Assembly: GCA_965651655.1 (NCBI GenBank)
Contig: CBFGTF010000002.1
Span: 24,865 to 88,864 of the forward strand
Direction of reading: 5' to 3'
DNA from: an uncultured Devosia sp.
GTDB lineage: Bacteria > Pseudomonadota > Alphaproteobacteria > Rhizobiales > Devosiaceae
Length of the DNA stretch: 64,000 bases
Shown here piece by piece: positions 30,331 through 41,691 of the stretch. The number at the start of each line of letters is the position of its first letter. Within the stretch, counting starts at the first letter, position 1. A program made the translations under genes and the position numbers. The notes beneath the pieces were generated by a model that was given only the letters and a program-made list of their open reading frames with translations, was not told where the DNA came from and did not search any database.

Positions 30331-30395
30331 AATCAGATCATAGCGCAAATCGCCACTGTTCGCGACGCTCGGGCAAACCCTTGCCATCCGCGGGT

Positions 30396-30908
30396 TCAGA
30401 CCATGGCAAAAGCCGCGGCCCCGGCCACGAAACCGATGGCTGCGGCGATCCAGACCTTGTAACTGGCGAGCCAGACGCCAAGCATGGCCCCTTTGGAATA
30501 GATGCCGATCTGGGTCATCATGGTGAGGGAGTCCGAACAAATCCACTCTGCGGAAATCTTGCCATCGGTGATCCGGTACAATTCGTTGCTGTCGTAGGAG
30601 ATGGCCCGGTTCGTAGGCGATTTTCCGAGGAAGTCTCCGGTATGCGTCCCGGTGATCCGGATGCGAACGGCAACCTTGTCGTCGGAGGCAAAGATGTCAT
30701 CGACATGCACCCGGGCGTCAGGAAACGCCTTGAACATGATGCCGGCATTGCCGCGCCAGGCGGCTATTCCCTGCCGGAAAGGGGAGCCGGCAACATGTAT
30801 CTCGAAGTCCGGCGTCATCATCGCCACGCAGGCATCGAGGTCGCGGCGGTTGAGTGCGTCAAAGGCGTCGGTCATGATAGTGATGTTGCGGGCCGCGGTG
30901 CCGGTCAT
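30396..30908 (-). CDS. SnoaL-like ester cyclase with C-terminal TM segment
   Basis: AFPDARVHVDDIFASDDKVAVRIRITGTHTGDFLG. Confidence 0.85.
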   Translation of the reverse strand: MTGTAARNITIMTDAFDALNRRDLDACVAMMTPDFEIHVAGSPFRQGIAAWRGNAGIMFKAFPDARVHVDDIFASDDKVAVRIRITGTHTGDFLGKSPTNRAISYDSNELYRITDGKISAEWICSDSLTMMTQIGIYSKGAMLGVWLASYKVWIAAAIGFVAGAAAFAMV

Positions 30909-30975
30909 GTGATTTCCCCTGGTTTGTCGCCTTCGGTATTTAGTGAATATGGTACATAATGTAAATAATGCACAG

Positions 30976-31413
30976 ATGCGACGCGATGTCCTGGGGCAGT
31001 TGATGCTGGTCACCAAGCTGCTCAATGCCGACATGGAGCGGAGCCTGGGGCCAATGGGATTGACCTTGGTCCGCACCCAGGTGCTTTGGGAGCTGGGCTC
31101 CGGACCCGGCATGACCCAGCGGGCGCTAGCCGAACGCCTGGGGGTGACACCCCGCAATGTCACGACACTGATCGACGCCCTGGAGGAGACCGGGTTCGTC
31201 GAGCGGCGCCCGCACCCGACAGACCGGCGCGCCACCGAATTGGTGCTGACTGAAAAAGGTCAGACGACCTTTGCGCAATTCCAGCAGGGGCTGGAGCAGT
31301 TCGCATCGGTGCTGTTCGACAGTTTCTCCGCTCATGACCTTGGGCAACTGAACCAGGGGCTCAACGCCGTGACAGCCAGACTCGAAGCGCTGGCGCAGTC
31401 AGAACAGGGTTGA
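30976..31413 (+). CDS. MarR family regulator
   Basis: TQRALAERLGVTPRNVTTLIDALEETGFVERRPHPTDRR. Confidence 0.9.
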   Translation: MRRDVLGQLMLVTKLLNADMERSLGPMGLTLVRTQVLWELGSGPGMTQRALAERLGVTPRNVTTLIDALEETGFVERRPHPTDRRATELVLTEKGQTTFAQFQQGLEQFASVLFDSFSAHDLGQLNQGLNAVTARLEALAQSEQG

Positions 31414-31425
31414 CCGGGACACCGT

Positions 31426-31448
31426 TATGTAACAATAGAAGTTACATA
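31426..31448. promoter_or_regulatory. Perfect 8-7-8 operator palindrome
   Basis: TATGTAAC-AATAGAA-GTTACATA downstream of TTGACC (31410). Confidence 0.7.
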
Positions 31449-31466
31449 TTGGTTCGAGGTGCCTTG

Positions 31467-32132
31467 ATGACGTCCTTTTCGCACATTGCGACCTCCTATG
31501 CCGAGGGTCCGCCCAAACAGGTGCCGGGTCTCTCCGGGCTGCACCGGATGATGCAATTGCTGCTGGCCGAGCGGGTGCCGGAGGATGGGCGTGTGCTGGT
31601 ACTGGGCGCGGGTGGCGGCATGGAGCTGACTACGCTGTCCGAGGCGCATCCGGGCTGGCGCTTTGACGGGGTCGATCCATCGGCGCCGATGCTGGAAGCG
31701 GCACGAGTGGCGTTGGCGGCGCATGCAGGGCGGGTGCGCCTGCATGAGGGCTATATCGAAAATGCCCCGGACGGGCCCTATGACGGGGCCACCTGCCTGC
31801 TGACTTTCCACTTCATTCCGCGCGACCAGCGATTGGCGACCTTGCAGCAGTTGCACCGGCGGCTGAAGCCGGGCGCGCCATTGGTTCTGGCCCATATGAG
31901 CTTTGCCCAGGACGATGCCAGCCGGCGGCTGTGGATGCGGCGACACGCGGCCTTCGCCGCCTCGAATGGCGTCGATGCCCTCAGCGCGCAATCGGCGCAG
32001 CACATGATGCTGGAGCGGCTGCATTTCCTGGCGCCCGAGGACGAAGAGGCGATGCTGGCCGAAGCGGGATTTGCCAATGTGAGCCTGTTCTACGCCGGCT
32101 TCGATTTTCGGGGCTGGGTGGCCTATGCCTAG
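31467..32132 (+). CDS. Class I SAM-dependent methyltransferase
   Basis: VLVLGAGGGME, GVDPSAPM, LKPGAP. Confidence 0.88.
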   Translation: MTSFSHIATSYAEGPPKQVPGLSGLHRMMQLLLAERVPEDGRVLVLGAGGGMELTTLSEAHPGWRFDGVDPSAPMLEAARVALAAHAGRVRLHEGYIENAPDGPYDGATCLLTFHFIPRDQRLATLQQLHRRLKPGAPLVLAHMSFAQDDASRRLWMRRHAAFAASNGVDALSAQSAQHMMLERLHFLAPEDEEAMLAEAGFANVSLFYAGFDFRGWVAYA

Positions 32133-32590
32133 GCAGGATTGCCCTGGTCATCGACCAGGCCATGCGCGCGATAGGTGCCAAGCTCGTCGCCGGAGATGAA
32201 GGCGAAAATCTTCGGGCCGTGCTCCTGGCGCTGGAGCAGATAGGTTACGTCGAAGGAAATGGTGAGTTCTTCGCCGCTTCTGCGACGGTAACGGGCCGAG
32301 TAAAACACCCTGACACGGTCGTGGTTCTGGGCCAGTTCCATGACATCGACGCTTTCGGCCCTCATGCCGACAGTGCCGATGGCCTTGTAGTAGGCGTAAC
32401 CCTGCTGCAGGGCCTGGATGAATGTCTCGTCGTTCTTGCCGGCATTGATGCCCCCGGCAATGGACAAACCCATGAACTCCTCAGCAAAGAACGATCGAAT
32501 TGTCTCGACCTCTATCGTGTCGCCGAGAGACTTCTCGTAAGCGTCGGCGTAGCGGCGGAAGAAGGCAAGGTAGTCGGGCTGTGCTGGCAT
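32129..32590 (-). CDS. NTF2-like hypothetical protein
   Basis: Helix plus beta-meander pattern; ORF with coding-like composition. Confidence 0.65.
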   Translation of the reverse strand: MPAQPDYLAFFRRYADAYEKSLGDTIEVETIRSFFAEEFMGLSIAGGINAGKNDETFIQALQQGYAYYKAIGTVGMRAESVDVMELAQNHDRVRVFYSARYRRRSGEELTISFDVTYLLQRQEHGPKIFAFISGDELGTYRAHGLVDDQGNPA

Positions 32591-32605
32591 GATTGCTCGG
32601 TGCTT

Positions 32606-33439
32606 TCAGCTCTCGATCTCGGCGTCCTTGTGGGCGCCCCATTCGGCCCAGGAGCCGTCATAGACGGAGACGTCATTTGCTCCGGCCTGTTCGAGGGCAA
32701 GGGCCAGGGTCACTGCGGTGATCCCCGAACCGCATGAGGTGATGATGGGCCGGGCGAGATCGACGCCGCGATCGGCGAAGATGACGCGCAATTGTTCGGG
32801 AGATTTGAGCTTGCCGCCATCGGTCAGGAGCGACACCGGGACATTGAGACTATCGGGTATATGGCCGGGCCTGAGGCCCTTGCGAGGCTCGGGTACCTCG
32901 CCATGAAAACGCGGGGCGGGGCGGGCGTCGATCACCTGCGCCGCACGGCTTCGCAGATTGGCGGCGACGGCATCGAACCCGACAACGGCATGGGGATCGA
33001 AATCGGTCTCGAAGGGGACCTTGTCGCGCTTGACCAGGCCGGCTTCGATGGGACGGCGCTCGGCGCGCCATTTGGGGCCGCCGCCTTCGAGCATGACCAC
33101 ATTGCGGGCGCCAAAGGTGCGGAAGGTCCACCAGACACGCGGAGCGCTGAACAGGCCCACCTCGTCATAGACCACGATGGTCATGTCCTCCGATATGCCC
33201 AGTGCGCCAACGGCGCGGGCGAACTCGGATGGAGAAGGCAGCATATGCGGCAAGTCGGTGGTCGAATCGGCAATGCCGTCTATGTCGAAGAACACGGCGC
33301 CGGGAATATGGCCGGCCAGATATTCGGCCTGGGCATTGCGGGCCGCGTTTGGCAGATGCCAGCTGGCATCGACCACAACCACATCGGGGGCCGCGATATG
33401 GCTGGCGAGCCAGTCGGTGGAGCAGAAGGGATTGTTCAT
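32606..33439 (-). CDS. sseA: 3-mercaptopyruvate sulfurtransferase
   Basis: GHIPGAVFFDID, active site CGSGITA, YDGSWAEW. Confidence 0.93.
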   Translation of the reverse strand: MNNPFCSTDWLASHIAAPDVVVVDASWHLPNAARNAQAEYLAGHIPGAVFFDIDGIADSTTDLPHMLPSPSEFARAVGALGISEDMTIVVYDEVGLFSAPRVWWTFRTFGARNVVMLEGGGPKWRAERRPIEAGLVKRDKVPFETDFDPHAVVGFDAVAANLRSRAAQVIDARPAPRFHGEVPEPRKGLRPGHIPDSLNVPVSLLTDGGKLKSPEQLRVIFADRGVDLARPIITSCGSGITAVTLALALEQAGANDVSVYDGSWAEWGAHKDAEIES

Positions 33440-33710
33440 GCACTTGTCTCCGCGGCCGCAGCACTGTGCCCTGTGGTAGCCCTGCCGGCAGGAGGCCAGC
33501 AAGCGCTATTGCGGTGATGTCCGCGCAATTGGCTATTGCGAAAACATCAGGCGATCGCGCGAGGCCAGGTGGATCGCGAAGTTGCACCACCGATGGGCGG
33601 AGCGGCCTGTCGTTGAACGTGTCGATGTGAACACGAGTTCCGCCGTATCCACGCCTGTGCGGACCAGGAAGGAAAAACGATCGAGGGGAGCTAAGGCGCG
33701 GCTTCGCGCT

Positions 33711-34730
33711 TCAGGACCGCGGCGCCGGGCCCGAGCTTTCACGCAGGACCAGTTCCACGGGCCAGAGTTCGTGAATGTCGGCCTGCGGCTTGCCGGCCAA
33801 AAGCTGCATGATCAATTCGGCAATGCGCGTGCCGGCCTGGCGGATGGAGGAGCGCGTCGTGGACATCGACGGGTACATGTTGTCGGCGTTGAGATAGGGG
33901 AAGACGTCGTCATGGGCGATCATGGAGACGTCGGTGCCCAATTGCAGCCCAGCCTGGCGAATGGCGCGGAAGACGCCCAGTGCGGTCATCATGGAGCCGG
34001 CGAGGAAGGCGGTGGGGCGGGGGCGCAGTTCGAGCATGGCCTGGGCCATGCGGAAGGCGATTTCGTCGGTGAAGGCCGAATTGCCCAAGAGGGCCGGATC
34101 AACCCGCAGGCCCCGCGCGGTGAGCGCGGCGCGGTAGCCGATTTCACGGTGTTCGGCGAAGGTGCGGCCCTTGACGCCATTGAGCAGGGCAATGCGCCGG
34201 TGGCCGAGATCGAGCAGATGGCTGGTGGCGCGCTCCAGGGCGCTGGTATTGTCGATATCGAGCCAGGAAACCGGGCGGCCGATATTGGTGCGGCCATGCA
34301 GGACAAAGGGAATCTTGAGATCCATCAGCAGTTCGGCGCGCTCGTCGCTGACTGTTGGAGAATGCAGGATCACTGCATCCACCTTCTGGCTGGCGGCCAG
34401 GCGCCGATAGGCAGCCAGTTCCTCCTGGTGGCTGGCGACGGTAGAGACCAGCATGTCGATTTCCTGGCTGGCCATGTAGCTGCCCACGCCGGAGAGGAAT
34501 TCGGACATGTGCGGGCCCAGTTCGTCGGCGCCGCGAAGGACGAGGCCGACGGCGCCGGCCCGGCCGGTCGCCAGGCGCAGGGCGCTGGCATTGGGGCGGT
34601 AGCCAAGCATGTTGGCGGCCTCGGCAACGCGTCGCCGTGTTGCTTCCTTGACCTCAGGATAGCCGTTGAGCGCACGGCTGACCGTGGTTTGCGACAGGCC
34701 GAGATGCTCGGCGAGGTCTTTCAATCTCAT
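33711..34730 (-). CDS. thuR: LacI family regulator (ThuR/AglR-like)
   Basis: LKDLAEHLGLSQTTVSRALNGYPEV; divergent from the thu operon; alternative start at 34850. Confidence 0.82.
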   Translation of the reverse strand: MRLKDLAEHLGLSQTTVSRALNGYPEVKEATRRRVAEAANMLGYRPNASALRLATGRAGAVGLVLRGADELGPHMSEFLSGVGSYMASQEIDMLVSTVASHQEELAAYRRLAASQKVDAVILHSPTVSDERAELLMDLKIPFVLHGRTNIGRPVSWLDIDNTSALERATSHLLDLGHRRIALLNGVKGRTFAEHREIGYRAALTARGLRVDPALLGNSAFTDEIAFRMAQAMLELRPRPTAFLAGSMMTALGVFRAIRQAGLQLGTDVSMIAHDDVFPYLNADNMYPSMSTTRSSIRQAGTRIAELIMQLLAGKPQADIHELWPVELVLRESSGPAPRS

Positions 34731-34868
34731 GGCGGCGATACGGCCCGTATGCTCTGACGCTCCGGCCTCGCCACTGGTTGCGGCGCGAAAAACCCCGGTC
34801 GCTTCAGCCATTAGGGCAGGCGGCGCCCTTTGAACAGGGCTTACCGCCATTCTCCTCCTCCCGCCATT

Positions 34869-34880
34869 CAAAGCGATTTC
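34869..34880. promoter_or_regulatory. LacI-type operator (autoregulatory, degenerate)
   Basis: CAAAGCGATTTC, one mismatch from the 35085 site. Confidence 0.5.
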
Positions 34881-35084
34881 AATTTTGGACGCAAGAGGCA
34901 GAAAACGTTTCAGATTTTTGAGGTGCGTACATCACGGCAAAATCGCACGATTTTAACACCTCTGGCCCCATCTGGTTTCTAGTGCGCTGTTTTCATTAGC
35001 TAAAATTTGTCGCGTCCACGAAATTACTAAGAATCTCGATCTGCTCCGCTTGACAGAGTTTCGGGGCTCTGGTTGGTTGGCTTC

Positions 35085-35096
35085 CAAAGCGCTTTC
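35085..35096. promoter_or_regulatory. LacI-type operator for thuE
   Basis: CAAAGCGCTTTC with central CG, downstream of TTGACA at 35050. Confidence 0.65.
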
Positions 35097-35222
35097 AAAC
35101 TGAACGGCAAATCGGTTCGGTAGGGGTGCTTTTGAAAGGGGAGGAGTTCTGGTCCGGCACGCTGGTGCAGGATCCGTCCAACGCGCCTCCTCCGTGACAT
35201 GTTTCTTTCGGGAGGATTTCCA

Positions 35223-36491
35223 ATGAAGATGAACAAGCTGCTCGTCGGTCTGCTGACGAGCGTGACGCTGGTGGCGGGCTCCGCCCAGGCTGCCGAGCTC
35301 TCCGTGGTTTCGGGCGACACCGGCAATGGCCTGGCGTTTCTGCAGTCCCAGCTCGAAAAGTTTGAAGAGATGACCGGCCACACCGTCACCGTGGTGCCGA
35401 TGCCGTCCTCGACCACTGACCAGTTCGGCCAGTATCGCCTGTGGCTGGCTGCCGGCAATACCGACATCGACGTCTATACCACCGACGTGATCTGGGCTCC
35501 CCAGCTTGCCGACCAGTTCCTCGACCTGAGCGAAGCGGCTGCCGACGTTGTCGACCAGCACTTCCCCTCCATCATCGAGTCGCAGACCGTGGACGGCCGT
35601 CTCGTTGCCGTTCCGGCCTTTACCGATGCGCCGGCGCTGTTCTACCGCACCGACCTGCTCGAGAAGTACAACAAGGAAGTCCCGACCACCTGGGCCGAGA
35701 TGACTGCCACCGCGCAGGAAATCATGGATGCCGAGCGTGCCGAGGGTAACCCCGACATGTGGGGCTTCGTGTTCCAGGGCAATGCCTATGAAGGCCTGAC
35801 CTGCGACGCCCTGGAATGGGTCAAGTCCTATGGCGGTGGCCAGATCGTGGAAGCCGATGGCACCATCTCGATCAACAACGAGCAGGCCGCTGCGGCCATC
35901 GATATGGCTGCAAGCTGGATCGGCACGATCTCTCCGGAAGGCAACCTTGCCTATATGGAAGAAGAAAGCCGTGGTGTCTGGCAGCTCGGCAATGCCGTGT
36001 TCCACCGCAACTGGCCCTATGCCTATGCGCTGGGCAATGGCGATGACTCGCCGGTGAAGGGCAAGTTCGACGTGGCTCCGCTGCCGGCTGGCGAAGGTCC
36101 GGATGCCCGTTCGGCGGCAACGCTTGGCGGCTGGAACTACGCGGTGTCCAAGTATTCCCAGGACCCCGATGCGGCCATCGAGCTGGCGCTGTTCCTGGCT
36201 TCCCCGGAAGTCCAGAAGGAACGGGCGATCAACCAGTCCAACCTGCCCACCATCGAAGCACTCTATGAAGACGCTGACGTGCTGGCCGCGTCCCCGTTCA
36301 TGGCCAATTGGAAGGAAATCTTCCAGAACGCCGTGCCGCGTCCGTCCGCTCCGACCAAGACCAATTACAACGAGGTTTCCTCGCTGTTCTGGAGCGCAGT
36401 GCACAACACGCTGTCCGGCAACGGTTCTGCCGCAGAGAACCTCGAGCTGCTCGAGGCTGATCTGGCCGACCTCAAGGGCGACGCCTGGTAA
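35223..36491 (+). CDS. thuE: Trehalose/maltose ABC substrate-binding protein
   Basis: Signal peptide; DVIWAPQ, FQGNAYEGLTCDALEW, RNWPYAY, ATLGGW. Confidence 0.9.
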   Translation: MKMNKLLVGLLTSVTLVAGSAQAAELSVVSGDTGNGLAFLQSQLEKFEEMTGHTVTVVPMPSSTTDQFGQYRLWLAAGNTDIDVYTTDVIWAPQLADQFLDLSEAAADVVDQHFPSIIESQTVDGRLVAVPAFTDAPALFYRTDLLEKYNKEVPTTWAEMTATAQEIMDAERAEGNPDMWGFVFQGNAYEGLTCDALEWVKSYGGGQIVEADGTISINNEQAAAAIDMAASWIGTISPEGNLAYMEEESRGVWQLGNAVFHRNWPYAYALGNGDDSPVKGKFDVAPLPAGEGPDARSAATLGGWNYAVSKYSQDPDAAIELALFLASPEVQKERAINQSNLPTIEALYEDADVLAASPFMANWKEIFQNAVPRPSAPTKTNYNEVSSLFWSAVHNTLSGNGSAAENLELLEADLADLKGDAW

Positions 36492-36579
36492 GTCCTCCCA
36501 GGGCCCAAGCGAGCGGACGGCGGGGGCTTCCCCCGCCGCCCGTTTCGCGAAATGATCAGACAGAACACGGGGAGGGGAC

Positions 36580-37562
<983 letters not shown>

Positions 37563-37563
<1 letters not shown>

Positions 37564-38408
37564 TGACCGCGACATTCGATCTGTGGAAGCTGACCAAGAC
37601 GGTCCTGTTCTATCTGTTGGTCGTGGTCATCGTCGTGGTGTCGGTGTTCCCGTTCTACTATGCGATCCTGACCAGCTTCAAATCGGGTACGGACCTGTTC
37701 CGCATCACCTATTGGCCGACATCATTCAGCCTGCAGAACTACGAGTCCGTCCTGCGCGTGGGCAGCTTCCCGCGTAACCTGCTCAACTCGGTGTTCATCG
37801 CCTCTGTCACGGTGCTGCTGGCGCTGTTCCTGGCAGTGACGGCCTCCTTTGCCCTCAGCCGCGTGCGGTTCCGCGGGCGGAGCCTCCTGCTGATGACGAT
37901 CCTGGCCGTCTCGATGTTTCCGCAGATCGCGGTGCTGGCGGGCCTGTTCGAGGTGATCCGGTTCCTGGGCATCTACAACACCCCCTGGGCGCTGATCTTC
38001 TCCTACACCATCTTCACGCTGCCCTTCACGGTGTGGGTACTGACGACCTTCATGCGTGAGCTGCCGGTCGAGATCGAGGAAGCCGCCATCGTCGACGGGG
38101 CGACGCCCTGGGTCATCATCACCCGCGTGTTCATGCCGCTGATGTGGCCCGCACTGGTGACGACGGGCCTGTTGGCTTTCATCGGGGCCTGGAACGAGTT
38201 CCTGTTTGCGTTGACCTTCACCTCGTCGAACGACACCAGGACCGTGCCGGTGGCCATCGCGCTGCTCTCGGGCGGCTCGCAATATGAAATTCCGTGGGGC
38301 GCCATCATGGCCGCGTCGGTGATCGTCACCGTGCCGCTGGTGGTGCTGGTGCTGATATTCCAGCGCAAGATCGTGAGCGGTCTGACCGCCGGCGGCGTCA
38401 AGGGTTAG
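37563..38408 (+). CDS. thuG: Trehalose/maltose ABC permease
   Basis: EEAAIVDGA, AWNEFLFALT. Confidence 0.88.
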
Positions 38409-38420
38409 GGAGAAAGAACA

Positions 38421-39425
38421 ATGGCAAGCATCGAGCTTCGCAATATCCGCAAAGCCTTTGGCGCCGTGCAGGTGATCAAGGGCGTGAACCTGGAAATCCG
38501 CAAGGGCGAATTCATGGTCTTTGTCGGGCCGTCGGGCTGCGGCAAGTCCACGCTGCTGCGGCTGATTTCAGGCCTTGAGGATATCACCTCGGGCGAAATG
38601 CTGTTCGACGGCAAGATCGTCAATGCCCTGGCGCCGTCCAAGCGCGGCATTGCCATGGTGTTCCAGTCCTATGCGCTTTATCCGCATATGACGGTCTATG
38701 AGAACATGGCGTTCGGGCTGACCCTGGAAAAGGGCAAGGACAAGGACGAAATCCGCAAGCGCGTGGAAAAGGCCGCCGACATGCTGCAGATCCGGCAGTA
38801 TCTCGACCGGCTGCCCAAGCAGCTCTCAGGCGGTCAGCGCCAGCGTGTCGCCATCGGCCGGGCCATCACCCGCGATCCCAAGGTCTTCCTGTTCGACGAG
38901 CCGCTGTCGAACCTGGACGCGGCGCTGCGCGTGGCGACCCGCATCGAGATCGCCAAGCTGCATGAGGGCATGCACGACACCACCATGATCTATGTGACGC
39001 ATGACCAGGTGGAGGCCATGACGCTGGCTGATCGCATTTGCGTGCTGCGCGACGGCATCATCGAGCAGGTGGGCACGCCCATGGAGCTTTATGAGAAGCC
39101 GGACAGCATTTTCGTGGCCGGGTTCATCGGCTCACCCAAGATGAATTTCATCGCCGGAGAAAAGGCCGCTGCCTTCAACTGCGCCACGCTGGGTATTCGC
39201 GGCGAGCACATGGTGATCAAGAGTGACGGCATCTGGGAAGGCACGGTAATCCACACCGAGAACCTGGGCGCCGATACCTATGTCTATCTCGAAATGGGCA
39301 CAGAGGAACCCGTGGTGGTGCGGCTGGAAGGGGCCACGGTCTATCGCAGCGGTGAAGTGCTGCGGGTTTCGCCGCTGGATGACCGCATCCACCGGTTCGA
39401 CGAGGCCGGCAAGCCGATCCGCTGA
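38421..39425 (+). CDS. thuK: Sugar ABC ATPase
   Basis: [17 protein letters not shown]. Confidence 0.88.
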   Translation: MASIELRNIRKAFGAVQVIKGVNLEIRKGEFMVFVGPSGCGKSTLLRLISGLEDITSGEMLFDGKIVNALAPSKRGIAMVFQSYALYPHMTVYENMAFGLTLEKGKDKDEIRKRVEKAADMLQIRQYLDRLPKQLSGGQRQRVAIGRAITRDPKVFLFDEPLSNLDAALRVATRIEIAKLHEGMHDTTMIYVTHDQVEAMTLADRICVLRDGIIEQVGTPMELYEKPDSIFVAGFIGSPKMNFIAGEKAAAFNCATLGIRGEHMVIKSDGIWEGTVIHTENLGADTYVYLEMGTEEPVVVRLEGATVYRSGEVLRVSPLDDRIHRFDEAGKPIR

Positions 39426-39660
39426 GGCGGTAGGCGACGCTGTGTCGCGGTCCCGACCCTGTGGAAGGGGCTGGTGCAGGAAAAACGGACGTGGCCATAT
39501 CCTGGTCACTTCCCATGAACACATTGGTGCTTGCGACCCGGGCTTGGGTTTGCCCGCCATAGACTGAAGATCGGGCGCGACTGCGGTCGCCCCCCGGAAA
39601 CCGCCCGGGCCGCCGGACTCCCACCGCGCGGCAGGGCCAGACGAAGCTCAGGAGAATTTC

Positions 39661-40449
39661 ATGCCGATCCGTACCCTGGTCTGGGGCGAGAACGTCCACG
39701 AACAGAAGAACAAGGTTGTTGCCGAAAACTATCCCAACGGCATGCACAACCAGATTGCCAAATTGCTTTCGGAAGATGGCAATCTGTCGATCAAGACCAC
39801 GACGCTGCAGGAGCCCGAACATGGCCTGACCGAGGCGGTGCTGGCCGAGACCGACGTGCTGCTTTGGTGGGGTCATGCGGCGCATAACCAGGTCGATGAC
39901 GCCGTGGTCAAGCGCGTGATGGAGCATGTCTGGCAGGGCATGGGCCTGATCGTGCTGCATTCGGGGCACCATTCCAAGGTTTTCAAGGGCCTGATGGGCT
40001 CGCCCGCGAACCTTCACTGGCGCGAAGCCGGGGAGCGTGAACGCCTCTGGGTCGTCAATCCCGGTCACCCGATCGCCAAGGGCCTGCCGGCCTATTTCGA
40101 ACTCGAATATGAAGAAATGTATGGCGAGCCCTTCAGCGTGCCGGAGCCGCTGGAAACAGTGTTCGTCTCATGGTTCCAGGGCGGCGAAGTGTTCCGCTCG
40201 GGGCTGACCTATCGCCGCGGCGCCGGCAATATCTTCTATTTCCGCCCCGGCCACGAAACCTATCCGACCTATCACGATGCCAATGTGGGGCAGGTGCTGC
40301 GCAATGCGGTCAACTGGGCCTATAACGGCGAGCGGCATGCTCATCTGATGAAGGCCCCCAATACGCCGGTGGGCGAGGCCATCGAGAAGATCGAGGAACG
40401 CGGCGCGAAACTCTCGTCCGCGGATCATGCGGGCGAAGTGAAGTCGTAA
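39661..40449 (+). CDS. thuA: Trehalose utilization protein ThuA
   Basis: [36 protein letters not shown]. Confidence 0.94.
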   Translation: MPIRTLVWGENVHEQKNKVVAENYPNGMHNQIAKLLSEDGNLSIKTTTLQEPEHGLTEAVLAETDVLLWWGHAAHNQVDDAVVKRVMEHVWQGMGLIVLHSGHHSKVFKGLMGSPANLHWREAGERERLWVVNPGHPIAKGLPAYFELEYEEMYGEPFSVPEPLETVFVSWFQGGEVFRSGLTYRRGAGNIFYFRPGHETYPTYHDANVGQVLRNAVNWAYNGERHAHLMKAPNTPVGEAIEKIEERGAKLSSADHAGEVKS

Positions 40450-40577
40450 ATGCCATGCCATGGGGTGTTCCGCGCAAGCGGGGCCCCCATTGGTGCAATG
40501 ACAAATTTGGGTATGTGCCTTTGCGGCGATGACCCGGTGAGCTCTCAAGCGGGGCGGTGACCCCAGGGAACAAGACT

Positions 40578-41621
40578 ATGCGTATCCTCATCCTGGGTAC
40601 CGGCGGCATGGCCAATACGCATGCCAAGAATTTTGCAGCCATTGAAGGGGTGACCCTGGCCGGCGGTGTCGACGTCGACCCCTCGCGGGTCGAGGCCTTT
40701 TGCGCGGCGCATGGCATAGAGCGGGGCTTTGGCTCGCTCGACGCTGCCATCGCCTGGGGCGAATTCGATGCGGTTGCCAATGTGACGCCTGACAGCGTTC
40801 ACTATCCCACCACCATGGCGGCGCTGGCTGCCGGCAAGCACGTGTTCTGCGAAAAGCCGCTTGCCACCGATCACGCCCGTGCCATGGAAATGACCGAGAC
40901 CGCCGAACGGCTGGGCCTGGTCAACATGGTCAACCTCACCTACCGCAATGTGGCGCAGCTGCAGAAGGCGCGAGAAATCGTGCAGTCGGGCCAGGTCGGC
41001 AAGGTCAAGCATTTCGAGGCGAGCTATCTGCAAAGCTGGCTGGTCTCCAAGGCCTGGGGCGACTGGCGCACCGAGAGCCAGTGGCTGTGGCGCCTGTCCA
41101 AAAAGCATGGCTCAAATGGCGTCCTGGGCGATATCGGCGTGCATATCCTCGATTTTGCGGCCTATGGCGCGGGCAGCGACTTTTCGAAAGTGTTCTGCCG
41201 GCTGGAAACCTTCGACAAGGCGCCGGGCAACCAGATCGGCGAATATGACCTGGATGCCAATGACAGCTTTGCCATGACGGCACAGCTGGAAAACGGCGCG
41301 CTGGGCGTGGTGCATGCCTCGCGTTGGGCGACCGGGCATTTCAATGAACTGCGCTTGCGAGTCTATGGCGACCAGGGCTCGGTGGAGGTGCAGCACCGGC
41401 ATGACTGGTCCAAGCTGTTCACCTGCCTTGGGCCGGATGCGGAAACCGGCACCTGGACCGAAGTAGAAGTCGATCCTGTGCCCACCAATTACCAGCGCTT
41501 CGTCGAGGCCTGCCGCATGGGACAGAACCTGGAGCCCAGCTTCCGGCATGCCACCAATATCCAGAAGGTTCTGGATCTTGCGACCGTGACGGACCGGGAT
41601 CGGTCCGAGCATAGGGTCTGA
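40578..41621 (+). CDS. thuB: Gfo/Idh/MocA oxidoreductase (ThuB-like)
   Basis: LGTGGMA, GKHVFCEKP, GVLGDIGVH. Confidence 0.85.
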   Translation: MRILILGTGGMANTHAKNFAAIEGVTLAGGVDVDPSRVEAFCAAHGIERGFGSLDAAIAWGEFDAVANVTPDSVHYPTTMAALAAGKHVFCEKPLATDHARAMEMTETAERLGLVNMVNLTYRNVAQLQKAREIVQSGQVGKVKHFEASYLQSWLVSKAWGDWRTESQWLWRLSKKHGSNGVLGDIGVHILDFAAYGAGSDFSKVFCRLETFDKAPGNQIGEYDLDANDSFAMTAQLENGALGVVHASRWATGHFNELRLRVYGDQGSVEVQHRHDWSKLFTCLGPDAETGTWTEVEVDPVPTNYQRFVEACRMGQNLEPSFRHATNIQKVLDLATVTDRDRSEHRV

Positions 41622-41636
41622 TAGCCGAGATCAGCA

Positions 41637-41671
41637 CAAAAAGAGGCCCCGGCAGATGCCGGGGCCTCTTT
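41637..41671. terminator. Bidirectional terminator
   Basis: AAAGAGGCCCCGGCA-GA-TGCCGGGGCCTCTTT. Confidence 0.8.
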
Positions 41672-41691
41672 CATGTTGCGGATCATACCGA

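Noticed and set aside
34842-34870. CCTCCTCCC cuckoo-sRNA motif on the plus strand
   Set aside because: Flanked by direct rather than inverted repeats; it is simply the complement of the LacI gene SD
39426-39660. 235-nt gap between thuK and thuA as an ncRNA
   Set aside because: Only short weak hairpins and no recognisable motif
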